Notes: generated by a model from the sequence alone, not told the origin. 64,000 nt of DNA from an uncultured Candidatus Rokubacteria bacterium (GCA_963708025.1 CAVPSB010000013.1:128001-192000), one strand, 5' to 3'; numbered from the stretch's first letter, positions 10,404 to 21,430 are shown. Program-made: numbers and translations.

Positions 10404-11444
10404 TCAGCGGGAACCTGAAGGCGCGCTCCCGTAGGTCAGCGCGATGGCCAGCACGTCGGCCGGGCGCTCGTCCAGGAGACGGAAGGCCTCGGCCGCCTGA
10501 TCGAACGGGACGCGATGGGTGATCATCTGCCCGGTGTGGAGCGACGGCAAGAGCTCGATCGCGGTGGACGTCCGCCGCCGGAAGTCCCACCGCGACGGCC
10601 GCAGGGCCGGGCTCAGGCCGCCGACCATCGTGCTGACGATCTTCTGGCGACCGACGTGGAACTCCGGGGTGAGGACCAGCTCCACCGGGCGGTCGCCGTA
10701 GAACGAGGCGACCACGACAGCCCCCTCGCGACCGGTCGTCCGGATCGCCTGCTGGAGCGCCCCCGGAGCGCCGCTCGCCTCGAAGACGACGTCGGCCCCC
10801 CGGCCGTCGGTCGCCGCGCGGACCGCCCCCTCGACGTCTTCGGGGGCGACCGCGGCGTCGGCGCCGAGCTCCAGCGCGAGCCGCCGCCGCATCGGGAGCG
10901 GATCGACCGCGATCACCCGGCGGGCCGTGCGCCGGGCCAGCTGGGCCAGGAACAGCCCCACCACGCCCTGGCCGAAGACGACGACGACCTCGCCCAGCGA
11001 CACCGGCGCGTCGAGGAGGGCGTTCACGGCGACCTCGGCCAGGTTGAGGAACATGGCCACCTCGGGGTCCATGTCCCCGGGAAGCGCCACCACCACGGCC
11101 CGGTTGTTGTGCTCGACGGGCGCGGTCCACAGGTCCTGGTGCGGGTGGCGCGCGTAGACGAGGTCGCCGGGGCGGTGCGGCGCGCCGGGACCGGCCTCCA
11201 CCACTCGGCCCACGCACAGGTAGGCGAACTTCACCGGGAACCCGGGGCCCCCCGCCATGGTGGGGTGGCCCACGTCCACCTCCGGGGCCGCGTGGCCGCG
11301 ATAGTACTTCAGCTCGGTGCCGGCGCTGATCGCGGAGACGAGCGTCCGCACCGTGACCTCGCGCTCCCCGGGCGGCCGGACCGTCTCGGCCCGAAGCTCG
11401 GCCCGGCGCGGCGCGGTGAACCAGACGGCCCGACCCGTCGTCAT
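10404..11444 (-). CDS. Zinc-binding (MDR) dehydrogenase
   Basis: SAISAGTE; VVFGQGVVG; GADVVFEASG. Confidence 0.88.
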   Translation of the reverse strand: MTTGRAVWFTAPRRAELRAETVRPPGEREVTVRTLVSAISAGTELKYYRGHAAPEVDVGHPTMAGGPGFPVKFAYLCVGRVVEAGPGAPHRPGDLVYARHPHQDLWTAPVEHNNRAVVVALPGDMDPEVAMFLNLAEVAVNALLDAPVSLGEVVVVFGQGVVGLFLAQLARRTARRVIAVDPLPMRRRLALELGADAAVAPEDVEGAVRAATDGRGADVVFEASGAPGALQQAIRTTGREGAVVVASFYGDRPVELVLTPEFHVGRQKIVSTMVGGLSPALRPSRWDFRRRTSTAIELLPSLHTGQMITHRVPFDQAAEAFRLLDERPADVLAIALTYGSAPSGSR

Positions 11445-12340
11445 GGCGAACCCCCCTGCTGCCCCGCGAGGCGCGGGTCCAGCGCCCGCCGGAGCCCGTC
11501 CCCCACGAGGTTGAAGGCCAGGACGGCCAGGAAGATGGCGGCCCCGGGAAAGATGGAGTACCAGGGATCGATCTCGACGTACTGGTAGGCGGTCCTCAGC
11601 ATCGACCCCCAGGCCGGCGCCGGTGGCGGCACGCCCAGGCCCAGGAAGCTCAGCGCCGCCTCGAAGAGGATCGCCTGGCCCAGCATGACCGACGATTGCA
11701 CGAGCACCGGCGGCGAGACGTTCGGCCAGACGTAGCGGGCCATGATCCGGGGATCGCTGGCGCCGAGCGACCGGGCCGCCTCGACGTACTCGAGCTCGCG
11801 CACGGCCAGCGTCTGCGACCGGACCAGGCGGGCGAAGACCGGGGCGTAGACGATCCCGATGGCGACCATGGCGTTGGCCAGCCCGGGGCCGAGGATCGCC
11901 GCCACCGCGATGGCGAGGACCAGCCCCGGGAACGACCAGAGCGCGTCCGCCGCGCGCATCAGCAGCTCGTCCAGCCAGCCGCCGAAGTGGCCGGCCAGGA
12001 GGCCCATCGGCACTCCGAGGACGAGGGCCAGCCCGACCGAGATCACGCCGGCGGCCAGGGACGGCCGCACGCCGTGGACCAGCCGGGTGAGGAGGTCGCG
12101 CCCCAGCTCGTCGGTGCCCAGGAGGTGCCCGGGGCCCGGTCCGGCGAGGATCGCGTCGTGATCCTGCTGGGTGGGACGGTACGGCGTCACCGCGGGGCCG
12201 ACCAGCGCGGTCAGGAGCAGGAGCCCGATCACCGCCAGCCCGAAGCCCGGCCCGGGGGCCCGCACCATCCGGCGCGGACCCCGGGCGGCGCGGGTGGCGC
12301 GTGAGGGCTCGTGCGCGATGGCCGGACCGAGGGCAGCCAC
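11441..12340 (-). CDS. Peptide/nickel ABC permease (OppC/DppC-like)
   Basis: HLLGTDELGRD; EYVEAARSLGAS; EAALSFLGLG. Confidence 0.92.
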   Translation of the reverse strand: MAALGPAIAHEPSRATRAARGPRRMVRAPGPGFGLAVIGLLLLTALVGPAVTPYRPTQQDHDAILAGPGPGHLLGTDELGRDLLTRLVHGVRPSLAAGVISVGLALVLGVPMGLLAGHFGGWLDELLMRAADALWSFPGLVLAIAVAAILGPGLANAMVAIGIVYAPVFARLVRSQTLAVRELEYVEAARSLGASDPRIMARYVWPNVSPPVLVQSSVMLGQAILFEAALSFLGLGVPPPAPAWGSMLRTAYQYVEIDPWYSIFPGAAIFLAVLAFNLVGDGLRRALDPRLAGQQGGSP

Positions 12341-12346
12341 GGGCGG

Positions 12347-13297
12347 TCAGCGGTGGCGGATGCGCGGGTCCACCGCGCCGCACAGAAGGTCGGTGAAGAG
12401 GTTCACCACCAGCACCGCCAGGGCGAACACGAGGATCGCGCCCTGTAGCGCCGAGTAGTCGCGAAAGGCCGCGCTGTCGACGGCCAGACGGGCCAGGCCG
12501 GGCAGCGCGAAGACGGTCTCGACCACCACCGCCGCCCCGAAGACCCGGCCGGTCTGGAGGCCGAAGATGGTGATCACCGGGATGAGGGCGTTCCTCAGCG
12601 CGTGCCGGCCCACGACCTGCCGCTCCGACAGGCCCTTGGCCCGGGCGGTGGTGACGTACTCGCGGTGCAGCACGTCGGCCATGGCCGAGCTCACCTGGCG
12701 CATCAGGATCGCCGCCTGGCCGAGCCCGAGCGTGAGCGCCGGCAGCGCCATGCTCCGGAGATTCGCGGCGGGGTCGGACGCCAGCGACGTGAAGCCGCTC
12801 GCCGGCAGCAGGCGCAGCGCCACCGCGAACAGGTAGATCAGGAGGATCCCCAGCCAGAAATCCGGCATCGCGAGCCCGCCCGTGGCCCCCACCGTCGCCA
12901 CCGCCCGGAGCGCCCGGCCCCGCCGGGCCGCGGACACCACCCCGAGCGGGATGGCCAGCCCGGCGGCGATCAGCATGCCGAGAAGGGTCAGCTCGAGCGT
13001 GATCGGGAGGCGCTGGACCAGCTCGAAGGCGACGGGGGTCTGGCTCCGGACGGACGTCCCCAGGTTGCCCCGGGCCACCTGCTCCATCCAGCGCACGTAC
13101 TGGACGGCGACCGGCCGGTCCAGCCCGAGCTGCCGGTGCATGGCGTCGTACGCCACCTGGTCCCGGGGCGCCGTCTCGCCGAGGAAGGCCAGGACCGGAT
13201 CGCCGGGCATCAGGTGGGCCAGCCCGAACGTCACCACCGACACCAGGAAGAGCGTCGGCAGCATCGTCAGCAGGCGGCGGGCGACGTAGCCGACCAC
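12347..13297 (-). CDS. Peptide/nickel ABC permease (OppB/DppB-like)
   Basis: PGDPV; EYVTTARAKGL; HALRNALIPVIT; VDPRIR. Confidence 0.92.
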   Translation of the reverse strand: MVGYVARRLLTMLPTLFLVSVVTFGLAHLMPGDPVLAFLGETAPRDQVAYDAMHRQLGLDRPVAVQYVRWMEQVARGNLGTSVRSQTPVAFELVQRLPITLELTLLGMLIAAGLAIPLGVVSAARRGRALRAVATVGATGGLAMPDFWLGILLIYLFAVALRLLPASGFTSLASDPAANLRSMALPALTLGLGQAAILMRQVSSAMADVLHREYVTTARAKGLSERQVVGRHALRNALIPVITIFGLQTGRVFGAAVVVETVFALPGLARLAVDSAAFRDYSALQGAILVFALAVLVVNLFTDLLCGAVDPRIRHR

Positions 13298-13353
13298 GCG
13301 CGATGGGCTTCAGGCGGATCCGGGGCCGGCGCGCCGGGGCGACGGCCCGGAGG

Positions 13354-14956
13354 CTACTTGCTCAGCCACACCTCGGAGAAGTCCGGGATGCCGAACTCGA
13401 CGGCCAGCCCCTCCATCTTCGCGCTGACCACGTAGTTGAAGGGCAGCGAGTACCCGGTGCCGAGGTAGGCCTGCTCCTGGAGGCGGGCCAGCACCTTGCG
13501 GTAGGCGCCGGCCCGGGCCCTGGCGTCCAGCACCTCGTCGGCGTCCTTCATCAGCTTGTCGACGGTGGGGTCCTTGAAGCCCGCCCAGTTGTAGGGGCCG
13601 TCCGACATGACGTTGGAGGCGATCTGCACCGGGTCGGCGTGGTTGGGGGTGTTCCGGGAGAACATGGCCTGGTAGTTCATCCCCTTGACCGCGTTGATCC
13701 AGGTCAGGCGCTCCATCGCCCGGAGCGTCGTCTTGATCCCGACCTTGGTCCACATCTCCGCCGCGAACTGGCCGATCGTGACCTCGGGCTCCCGCTGGAT
13801 GACCAGCAGCTCGATCTCGACCCCGTTGGAATGGCCGGCTTCCTTCAGGAGCTGGCCGACCCTGGCCGGGTTGTAGTCGTACTTGACGATGCCCTCGTCG
13901 TAGCCGGGCATGTTCGGCGTCCAGTATGGATAGTAGCGGGGCTTGGCGTAGCCGAAGCCAACCACCTTGGCCATCCCCTCGCGGTCGATGCCGTGGAGGG
14001 CGGCCTGCCGGACGCGGAGGTCGTTGAACGGCGGCTTGTAGATGTTCATGCCCATCTGGAAGTACGTCGGCCCCGCCCAGGGCCACTCGATCAGCTTGAG
14101 CCGGGGGTTGGCCCGGAGGACGCGCAGCTGGTTGGCCGGCATGTTCTCGGCGGCGGTGAGCTGACCGGACTGGAGGTCCGGCACCGCGACGGTGAGGTCG
14201 GGGATGTACCGGGAGACGAAGCTGTCGATGTACGGGAGGGGCTTCCCGTCGGCGCCGCCGCGCCAGTAGTCCGGGTTCCGCTCGAGGACCAGCCGGTCGT
14301 CCGTGACCCACTGCTTGAACCGCATCGGGCCGGTCCCGCTCGGCGTGCGCGCGACCCCCTCCTCGCCGAGCTTGTCGAAGGCGGCCTTGGACATCATGCC
14401 CATGAGGCCGAAGTTCCCCCCCGAGACCCGGAACGGGAGCGCCCCCGACGGACCCTTGAGCCGGACCCGCAGGGTGGTGGCGTCGGGCGTCTCGATGGCG
14501 GCGACGTCGGTGAGGTAGGACTTCGAGAAGGACTTGGGGTGATCGCGGAGCCGCTCCAGGTTCCACTTGGCGACGGACGCGTTGAACTCGCTGCCGTCGT
14601 GGAACTTCACGCCTCGGCGCAGGCGGAAGACGACGGTGCGGGGATCGGTCTGCTCCCACGACTCGGCCAGCCCCGGCCGGAGCTCGAAGGTCTCGGCCTT
14701 GGAATCGGTCATGTCGTAGCGGAGGAGGTAGTCGAAGAGCATGTGGTACCCGGCCGGCAGCGAGTAGGACGACAGGTGCACGTCGAACGTCGGGTAGGTG
14801 AAGGCCTGCGCCTGCACCACCTCGCCCCCGCGCTGGATCGCGCGGGCGCCCGGCCGGCTGCGCCGGGACGCCCCGGGGCACGGCGGTCAGGCCGAGCAGG
14901 GTGAGACCGCCACCGAGGAAGGACCGCCGGCTCGTGGTCGCGGGCACGTGGCGCAT
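13354..14956 (-). CDS. Family 5 ABC substrate-binding protein with Tat signal (frameshift near 14850)
   Basis: SRRSFLGG Tat motif; PGLAESWE...LRRGVKFHDG; GTGPM; PPFNDLRVRQA. Confidence 0.88.
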
Positions 14957-15090
14957 GCTGTGACTCCTCCGTCTCGAGGCTTGCCGGAGCCAAGGAAGCG
15001 TACGAGCACTAGAGCATCCGGCGCGGCGGAGTGTCAAGCCCGCGTCGCTCGGGTTGCGGTCCGCTGGCGCCCGTAGTACCGTCGGCGACG

Positions 15091-16005
15091 ATGCCCGGCG
15101 CCGCCGATCTCCTCTACTCCGTCTCGCAGCTCTCGACGCCGCGTAACACCTTCGCCGAGGACGTCGCCCAGCTGGCCCGGACCGGCGCCCGGGGCATCGG
15201 CGTCTGGGAGACGAAGCTCCCGCCGGAGGGCGACGCGGCGGCGCTGGAGCTGCTCGCCGGCGCCGGCCTGGCCGCGACCCTCTGCGTGCCGGCGCTCTGG
15301 ACCATCCTGCCGTCGCGGCTCGGACCCGAGCCCGCGGATCCGGCTCGGCGGCTGGAGCTGATCTGCGCGAGCATCCGCCGGCTGGCCCGCTTCCGGCCCG
15401 TCGCCTACCTGATCTGCGGCGGCGCCATCGGCGAGCGCACGCCGGCCGCCGCGCTCGACGTGGTCGCCCGCCACCTCGCCGTCATCGCCGGCGTCGCCGC
15501 CGAGGTGGGCGGGGTGGTCGGGCTCGAGCCGATCCGGATCGGCGCCGGGAGCATCGGGCCGATCGTCAACACGATGGCCGAGGCCGCGTCGCTGCTCGAG
15601 GCCGTCGGGCGGGCGAACGTCGGGGTCGTCTGGGACGTCTGGCACCTCTGGGACGAGCCGGGCCGGGACCGCCTGATCCGGGAGCACGTCGACCGCATCG
15701 TCGCGGTCCAGGTCAACGACCGGCGCGAGCCCACCCGGGGCTGGTGCGACCGGGCCCTGCCGGGCGAAGGGGGCGCCGACTTGCCCGGCATCCTGGCGGC
15801 CCTGCTCGAGAGCGGCTATCGCGGCTGGTACGATCTCGAGATCTTCTCCGACGACGGCCGGTACGGAACCGCGTACCCCGATTCCCTGTGGGCGCTGCCC
15901 CACGAGGAGATGCTCGGCCGGGCGCGGCGGTCGTTCGAGCGAGCGTGGACCCAGGGCCGCGAGCGCGCCGCCGGGCGCGGCGCCAAACGCGGCGAAGGTG
16001 GGTGA
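15091..16005 (+). CDS. Sugar phosphate isomerase/epimerase (xylose isomerase-like TIM barrel)
   Basis: GLEP...DVWH...QVND...PGEG...LEIFS metal-binding motifs. Confidence 0.85.
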   Translation: MPGAADLLYSVSQLSTPRNTFAEDVAQLARTGARGIGVWETKLPPEGDAAALELLAGAGLAATLCVPALWTILPSRLGPEPADPARRLELICASIRRLARFRPVAYLICGGAIGERTPAAALDVVARHLAVIAGVAAEVGGVVGLEPIRIGAGSIGPIVNTMAEAASLLEAVGRANVGVVWDVWHLWDEPGRDRLIREHVDRIVAVQVNDRREPTRGWCDRALPGEGGADLPGILAALLESGYRGWYDLEIFSDDGRYGTAYPDSLWALPHEEMLGRARRSFERAWTQGRERAAGRGAKRGEGG

Positions 16006-16010
16006 GCGGG

Positions 16011-17222
16011 ATGGAGTACGTCGCGTGCGACGTGGAGCTGGTCGGCTACCACGACCTCGGCGGCAAGCCCGGCTTCAAGATGGCCCTGCAAGTCGTGGGC
16101 GGCCGCTGGTACCTCTACCTCGGGCACCTGTGGCACCGGCAGTGGTCGATCCTCGACGTCACCGATCCCGCCGCTCCGAGGACGGTCGGGGAGATGGCCG
16201 GCCCCGACAACACGTTCACGATCCAGATCCAGGCCGCCGACGGCACGCTGATCACGGCGCTCGAGCACTGCCCACCCGGCTGGGGCGGCGACCCGCAGCG
16301 GCCGGCCGAGGAGGGCGTCCTGATCTGGGACCTGGTCGATCCCGTCCGGCCGCGGCGCCTCGCCCACTGGCGCACCGGGGGGACGGGCACCCACCGGAAC
16401 TACTACGCGGGCGGACGCTACGCCCACCTGGCCGCTGGCCTGCGCGGGTTCAATCGCCACGTCTACGTGATCCTCGACCTGGCGGATCCGGCGCAGCCGC
16501 GCGAGGCGGGACGCTGGTTCCTGCCCGAGCAGTACCTGGCCGGCGGCGGCAAGCCGGCCGGCGTTCCCGCGCTCCACGGGCCGGCGGCCATCGAGGGCGA
16601 CCGGGCCTACCTGCCCTACGGGGCGGCCGGGATGGTCATCCTGGACGTCTCGGACGTCGGGGCGCCCCGGCTCGTGAGCCGCCTCGACTTCGGCGCCGCG
16701 TTCGGGAGCTGGCTCGGCATCCACACCGTGGTGCCGCTGCCGCGGCGGGGGCTCGCCGTGGTGAACACCGAGGCCATCGCCGAGGACTCCGACGAGCCGC
16801 TCAACTTGGCGGCGATCGTCGACATCTCCGAAGGAGACGGCGCCGCGCGTCCTGTCGCTGTTCCCGGTCCCCGAGCCCCCGCCGGGGGCGCCCTACCCGA
16901 ACTTCCAGCGGCGCGGCGGCCGCTTCGGGCCCCACAACCAGCACCACTGGCAGCACCAGCCCCACCTGCTGGACCGGGACGACCTCGTGTACCTGACCTA
17001 CTTCAACGCCGGGCTGCGCGTCTACGACATCCGGCGACCCCTACCTGCCGCGCGAGGTCGGCTACTTCCTGTCCGCCGACCCGGTCGAGCGCCGGGGGCT
17101 CCTCCCGAAGACGCTCGTCACCCAGTCCGAGGACGTGCTGGTCGACGCCCGCGGGCTACGCGTACCTCACCGACAAGAACCACGGGCTGCACATCGTCCG
17201 CTACGTCGGCGACCGGGCCTGA
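16011..17222 (+). CDS. LVIVD-repeat beta-propeller protein (several frameshifts)
   Basis: ILDVTDPAAP; VILDVSDVGAP; RFGPHN; YFNAGLRVYDI. Confidence 0.8.
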   Translation: MEYVACDVELVGYHDLGGKPGFKMALQVVGGRWYLYLGHLWHRQWSILDVTDPAAPRTVGEMAGPDNTFTIQIQAADGTLITALEHCPPGWGGDPQRPAEEGVLIWDLVDPVRPRRLAHWRTGGTGTHRNYYAGGRYAHLAAGLRGFNRHVYVILDLADPAQPREAGRWFLPEQYLAGGGKPAGVPALHGPAAIEGDRAYLPYGAAGMVILDVSDVGAPRLVSRLDFGAAFGSWLGIHTVVPLPRRGLAVVNTEAIAEDSDEPLNLAAIVDISEGDGAARPVAVPGPRAPAGGALPELPAARRPLRAPQPAPLAAPAPPAGPGRPRVPDLLQRRAARLRHPATPTCRARSATSCPPTRSSAGGSSRRRSSPSPRTCWSTPAGYAYLTDKNHGLHIVRYVGDRA

Positions 17223-17255
17223 CACCCGCTCCCTCGCCGTTGCGGGCGGGCCCGA

Positions 17256-18230
17256 TCACTTGATGGCGAGCGGGTTGACGGGGGTGCCGACCGCCCCGGT
17301 GATCGGCAGCGGCGCCGCCACCAGCAGGAAGTCGTACTGGCGGTCCTCGGCGCAGGACGCCCCCAGCGCCTCGAGATCGAAGATCTCGCCGAGCAGCATC
17401 CCCATGTACGGGATGCAGATGACGTGGAGCGGCTGGTACACGTCGGCGGTCTCGTTGGGGCGGACCTCGGTGCCCCAGGTGTCGGTGGCGTAACCGGCGA
17501 TCTCGGTGTCGTGCAGCCAGCGCGCGCAGTCGATGGCGAGGCCGGGCGCGGGACCGCCGCAGTAATCACCCCAGGAGCCCCGCGCCCGGACTTGCCCCAT
17601 CTGCCCGGTCCGGATCAGGACGATGTCGCCCCGCTCGATGGCGACGCCCTGCGCCGCGGCGCAGCCGTCCAGGTCGGCGGGGTGGATGGCCTCGCTCGGC
17701 TCCAGCCACGACCGCCCCTTCCAGCGGGCGATGTCGAGCAGGACGCCGCGGGTGACCAGGCGGTCCTTCCAGTTCTCGATCCCGAGGCGCTCGGCCCCCC
17801 AGCTGGCGATCGCGCGGGCCGGCACGCCGTTGTAGAGGTGGCCGTCGTGAATGACGTGGCCGAGCCCGTCCCACTGCGTCCCGCCCTGGAGCGCCAGGAG
17901 GACGACGTCGTCGGTGCCCCGGAACTGCAGGTCGCGTCCGCCGTAAAACTTGTTGATGATGGCGCCGCTCACGGTGTCCCCGCCGTCCCTCAGCATGAAG
18001 TGCATCGGGTTGAAGCGGCCCCACGCCCCGGTCTGGGGCCCGGTGCTGTCGAGCGGGATGGCCAGGGAGAAGGTGCGCCCCTGTCGGACGCAGCGGCTGG
18101 CCCGCTGGATGGTGTCCGGCGTGATGAAGTTCACGGTTCCGACCTGGTCGTCCGGGCCCCAGCGGCCCCAGTTCGACAGCTCTCGCGCCAGCCGCAAGAC
18201 GTCCTCGACTCCGGGGCGGTCGTCAGCCAT
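17256..18230 (-). CDS. Cyclase family (kynurenine formamidase-like) metallohydrolase
   Basis: SNWGRWGPDDQVGTVN; TQWDGLGH; RGVLLDI; GTPVNPLAIK. Confidence 0.9.
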   Translation of the reverse strand: MADDRPGVEDVLRLARELSNWGRWGPDDQVGTVNFITPDTIQRASRCVRQGRTFSLAIPLDSTGPQTGAWGRFNPMHFMLRDGGDTVSGAIINKFYGGRDLQFRGTDDVVLLALQGGTQWDGLGHVIHDGHLYNGVPARAIASWGAERLGIENWKDRLVTRGVLLDIARWKGRSWLEPSEAIHPADLDGCAAAQGVAIERGDIVLIRTGQMGQVRARGSWGDYCGGPAPGLAIDCARWLHDTEIAGYATDTWGTEVRPNETADVYQPLHVICIPYMGMLLGEIFDLEALGASCAEDRQYDFLLVAAPLPITGAVGTPVNPLAIK

Positions 18231-18310
18231 TCTCCGATTCTCCGTGCGGGGTCCGGGAGCGCCGGCCCGCGTCCAGTTGGTCCTCGCAACCGTTGGGGTC
18301 GTCCTCCCTC

Positions 18311-18339
18311 TTGACGCCGGAAGGACGGAATGCCAGAAT
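18311..18339 (+). promoter_or_regulatory. Putative sigma70 promoter of the NitT/TauT ABC operon
   Basis: TTGACG-N17-CAGAAT with TG extension. Confidence 0.45.
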
Positions 18340-18539
18340 CCCGCATCCAAAGCGCATTGTAATCCCGCTCACCGGCCGGCCGCCGACCGCGCGGAAGACG
18401 GCATCCCCGAGCTCCTCTTCGGCGCGGCCCCTGCTGGTGCGGCAGCCTCGGGGTCAATCGACCCGGACGGCGGTGGGCACCATCGGGTCAGGCGCCGGCG
18501 CCCGGCGGGGCCCGGCGCCGAAAGACGACGGGAGGCGGC

Positions 18540-19607
18540 ATGTCGCTACGGATGAAGGGCCTCCGGCTGGCCCTGGCGTTGCTCTCCGGCTCGACCATCC
18601 TCGCGCTCGATGCCACGCCGGCGGCGGCCCAGACGAAGCTGATCGTCCACGGCGGGAGCCCCAGCCCCAACATCGCCTACATCAACCTCTACGTCGGCCA
18701 GCAAGCCGGGCTGTTCAAGGAAGAGGGGCTCGAGGTCGAGGTGCGCTACGCGTCGGGCGCGGCCATGGCGACGCAGATCACCGCCGCCGACGGCGCCGAC
18801 ATCGGCGACGTCACCTACGAGCCGTTCCTGCTCGGCTACGAGAAGGGGCTGCGGGGCAAGTTCTTCTACGACCGCTACGATCACAACATCTTCTTCATCG
18901 GCGTGCCGGAGGACAGCCCGATCAAGACCATCCAGGATCTGGCCGGCAAGAAGATCGGCGTCTCGAACATGGGCAGCTCGTCCCTGAACGTGGCGAACTC
19001 CATGCTGCGCGGGGCCGGCCTGACGCCCGGCCAGGACATCTTCGTGCCGGTGGGCATCGGTGACTCGGCGATCGCCGCGCTGAGGGCCAACCAGATCCAG
19101 GCCTATTCGCTGTTCGACGCCGCCTACGCCGGTCTCGAGCGATCCGGTCTCAAGCTGCGCTACATCCAGCACCCGACGATCGGCAAGACCGGGAACGGGG
19201 GCTACTTCGCCTCGGATCGGACCCTGTCGCGGAAGCGGGGGGAGATGGTGAAGTTCGTCCGGGCGATGATCAAGGCCCACGTCTTCATCCGGGAGAACAC
19301 GCCGGTGTCGTTGAAGATGTACTGGACGGTGAATCCGGCCGCGCGCGTCGGCGCCACCGAGGCGGATGCCCTCAAGAACGGCATGCAGGAGCTGAGGTTC
19401 GCCCCGTTCTTCAGCGGGCGTCCCGACAACCGGATCGGGAAGTTCGACCTGAAGGGGCTGGAGGCGTACCTGGAGACGCTCGGCAAGGAAGGGATCGTCC
19501 CCCCGAAGTTCACCGTGGCCGATTTCGTCCGCACGGACCTGGTCGAAGAGGCCCACGGCGGACTCGACCTGGCGGCCGTCGCGACGATGGCGCGCAACTG
19601 GAAATAG
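18540..19607 (+). CDS. NitT/TauT (SsuA/THI5-like) substrate-binding protein
   Basis: Signal peptide; GLFKEEGLEVE; SPIKTIQDLAGKKIGVS. Confidence 0.88.
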   Translation: MSLRMKGLRLALALLSGSTILALDATPAAAQTKLIVHGGSPSPNIAYINLYVGQQAGLFKEEGLEVEVRYASGAAMATQITAADGADIGDVTYEPFLLGYEKGLRGKFFYDRYDHNIFFIGVPEDSPIKTIQDLAGKKIGVSNMGSSSLNVANSMLRGAGLTPGQDIFVPVGIGDSAIAALRANQIQAYSLFDAAYAGLERSGLKLRYIQHPTIGKTGNGGYFASDRTLSRKRGEMVKFVRAMIKAHVFIRENTPVSLKMYWTVNPAARVGATEADALKNGMQELRFAPFFSGRPDNRIGKFDLKGLEAYLETLGKEGIVPPKFTVADFVRTDLVEEAHGGLDLAAVATMARNWK

Positions 19608-19727
19608 ACCGGCGGCCGCCCAGCCGCGGGCCAGCGACATCACGTTCGCTGGGCGTTGGGGGGATCGCGGGCGGCCTCGACCGGCGCCTCGGCACCACCG
19701 TCCGGTGAGGCGGTTGCTCGAGACGTG

Positions 19728-20504
19728 ATGGAGCCGTCGCTCATCGAGGTGGACCGGGTGGGCAAGATCTACCCGGCCGCCGACGGCCGGCCCGTCCGCG
19801 CCATCACCTCCGTGTCGTTCTCGGTCAGGGGTGGCGAGTTCATCTCCATCCTCGGGCCCTCCGGCTGCGGGAAGAGCACGCTGTTGATGATGGTGGCCGG
19901 CCTCCTGTCGCCGACCGAGGGCCGCGTCCTGTTCCGAGGCCGTCCCCTCACGGAGCCGCAGAACGACTTCGGGATCGTGTTCCAGGATCCGGTCCTGTTC
20001 CCGTGGCGCACGGTCCAGTCGAACGTGGAGCTCCCGGCCGAGGTGGCCGGGCTCCCGCGGGCCCAGCGCGCCGAGAACGCCGTCGGCATCATCCGCCTGG
20101 TCGGGCTGGAGGGATTCGAGAGCAAGTTCCCCGACGAGCTCTCCGGCGGCATGCAGCAGCGGGTGGCGATCGCCCGAGCGCTGTCGCTCAAGCCGTCGCT
20201 GCTGCTGATGGACGAGCCCTTCGGCGCTCTCGATGCCATCACCCGCGAGCAGATGAACCTGGAGCTCCAGCGGATCAGTCTCCAGTCCAACGCGACGGTG
20301 ATCTTCGTCACCCACTCGCTCTCGGAGGCGGTGTTCCTGGCCGATCGCGTCCTCGTCATGTCGGGACGGCCGGCGACCTTGCGCGACAGTCTCTCGGTCG
20401 GCGTCGCCCGCCCGCGCCCGCTGGAATTCACCGCGACGGAAGCATTCGGGAAGCACCTCTCGCATCTCCGGAGACTGCTGGAGATCACGGGGAGCGCACC
20501 ATGA
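19728..20504 (+). CDS. NitT/TauT ABC ATP-binding protein
   Basis: GPSGCGKS; LSGGMQQR; DEPFGALDAITR. Confidence 0.93.
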   Translation: MEPSLIEVDRVGKIYPAADGRPVRAITSVSFSVRGGEFISILGPSGCGKSTLLMMVAGLLSPTEGRVLFRGRPLTEPQNDFGIVFQDPVLFPWRTVQSNVELPAEVAGLPRAQRAENAVGIIRLVGLEGFESKFPDELSGGMQQRVAIARALSLKPSLLLMDEPFGALDAITREQMNLELQRISLQSNATVIFVTHSLSEAVFLADRVLVMSGRPATLRDSLSVGVARPRPLEFTATEAFGKHLSHLRRLLEITGSAP

Positions 20505-21322
20505 CGACCATGTCCGCGCCCCCGGCGGTGACCGGGCCCGGGCCGGGCCGGCGGCGCCTGCCGTCGGGCCTCCTGGTGCCGGCCACCCTGGCCGCGTTCC
20601 TGCTGCTGTGGGAGGGTGGGGTGCGGCTGCTCCAGGTCCCCGCCTTCATCCTGCCTCCGCCCTCGGCGGTCGTCGGGAAGGCGGCCACCGACCTGGCTTC
20701 CGGCGTCATCTTCCCGCACCTGTGGCAGACCCTGACCGAGATCCTGGCCGGGTTCGCGGCGGCGGCGCTCTGCGGCACCGGTCTGGGCACGGCGATCGCC
20801 CTGGTGCCGGCGCTCAGACGGACGCTGTATCCCTTCGTCCTGGCCAGTCAGACGATCCCGAAGGTGGCGATCGCTCCGCTCTTCATCATCTGGTTCGGGT
20901 ACGGGATCCAGTCGAAGATCGTCACCGTCGCGCTGATCGCCTTCTTTCCGATCATCGTGAACGTGATCGTCGGCCTGGAGACGGTCGATCAACGTCGACT
21001 GCTGTTGATGCGCGCGCTCAAGGGCAGCGCCTGGCAGACGTATCTCAAGGTTCGCCTGCCCAGCATGCTGCCCTTCCTGTTCGCCGGCCTGGAGATCGCC
21101 ATCATCTTCTCGGTCATCGGCGCCATCGTCGCCGAGTTCATCGGCGCCTCGGTCGGGCTGGGCAGCATCATCATCCAGCGACAGGCGGCGGTCGACGTCG
21201 CCGGGGTCTTCTCCGTCCTGGTCTACCTGTCGGTGATGGGAATCGTCCTGAACCTGATCCTGAAGCTGATCGCGCGCCCGTTCGCGTTCTGGTCGCGATC
21301 GAAGGACGTCGTAGGAGCCTAG
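20501..21322 (+). CDS. NitT/TauT ABC permease
   Basis: LPPPS; QTIPKVAIAPLFIIWFG; AIVAEF. Confidence 0.92.
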   Translation: MTTMSAPPAVTGPGPGRRRLPSGLLVPATLAAFLLLWEGGVRLLQVPAFILPPPSAVVGKAATDLASGVIFPHLWQTLTEILAGFAAAALCGTGLGTAIALVPALRRTLYPFVLASQTIPKVAIAPLFIIWFGYGIQSKIVTVALIAFFPIIVNVIVGLETVDQRRLLLMRALKGSAWQTYLKVRLPSMLPFLFAGLEIAIIFSVIGAIVAEFIGASVGLGSIIIQRQAAVDVAGVFSVLVYLSVMGIVLNLILKLIARPFAFWSRSKDVVGA

Positions 21323-21430
21323 CGCATCGGCGGAGGGGGCCACCGATCACCCCCGTGGTACACTGCCCGAGCAGACCGCGGCCCCGTCTTTCCGCGTCGT
21401 TTCGAACCGAACGCCCAGAGGAGGACATCG

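Noticed and set aside
21343-21364. Seventh operator (GTGGTACACT) upstream of the liv operon
   Set aside because: Only a right half-site is present; it is better explained as an extended -10 (TGnTACACT).
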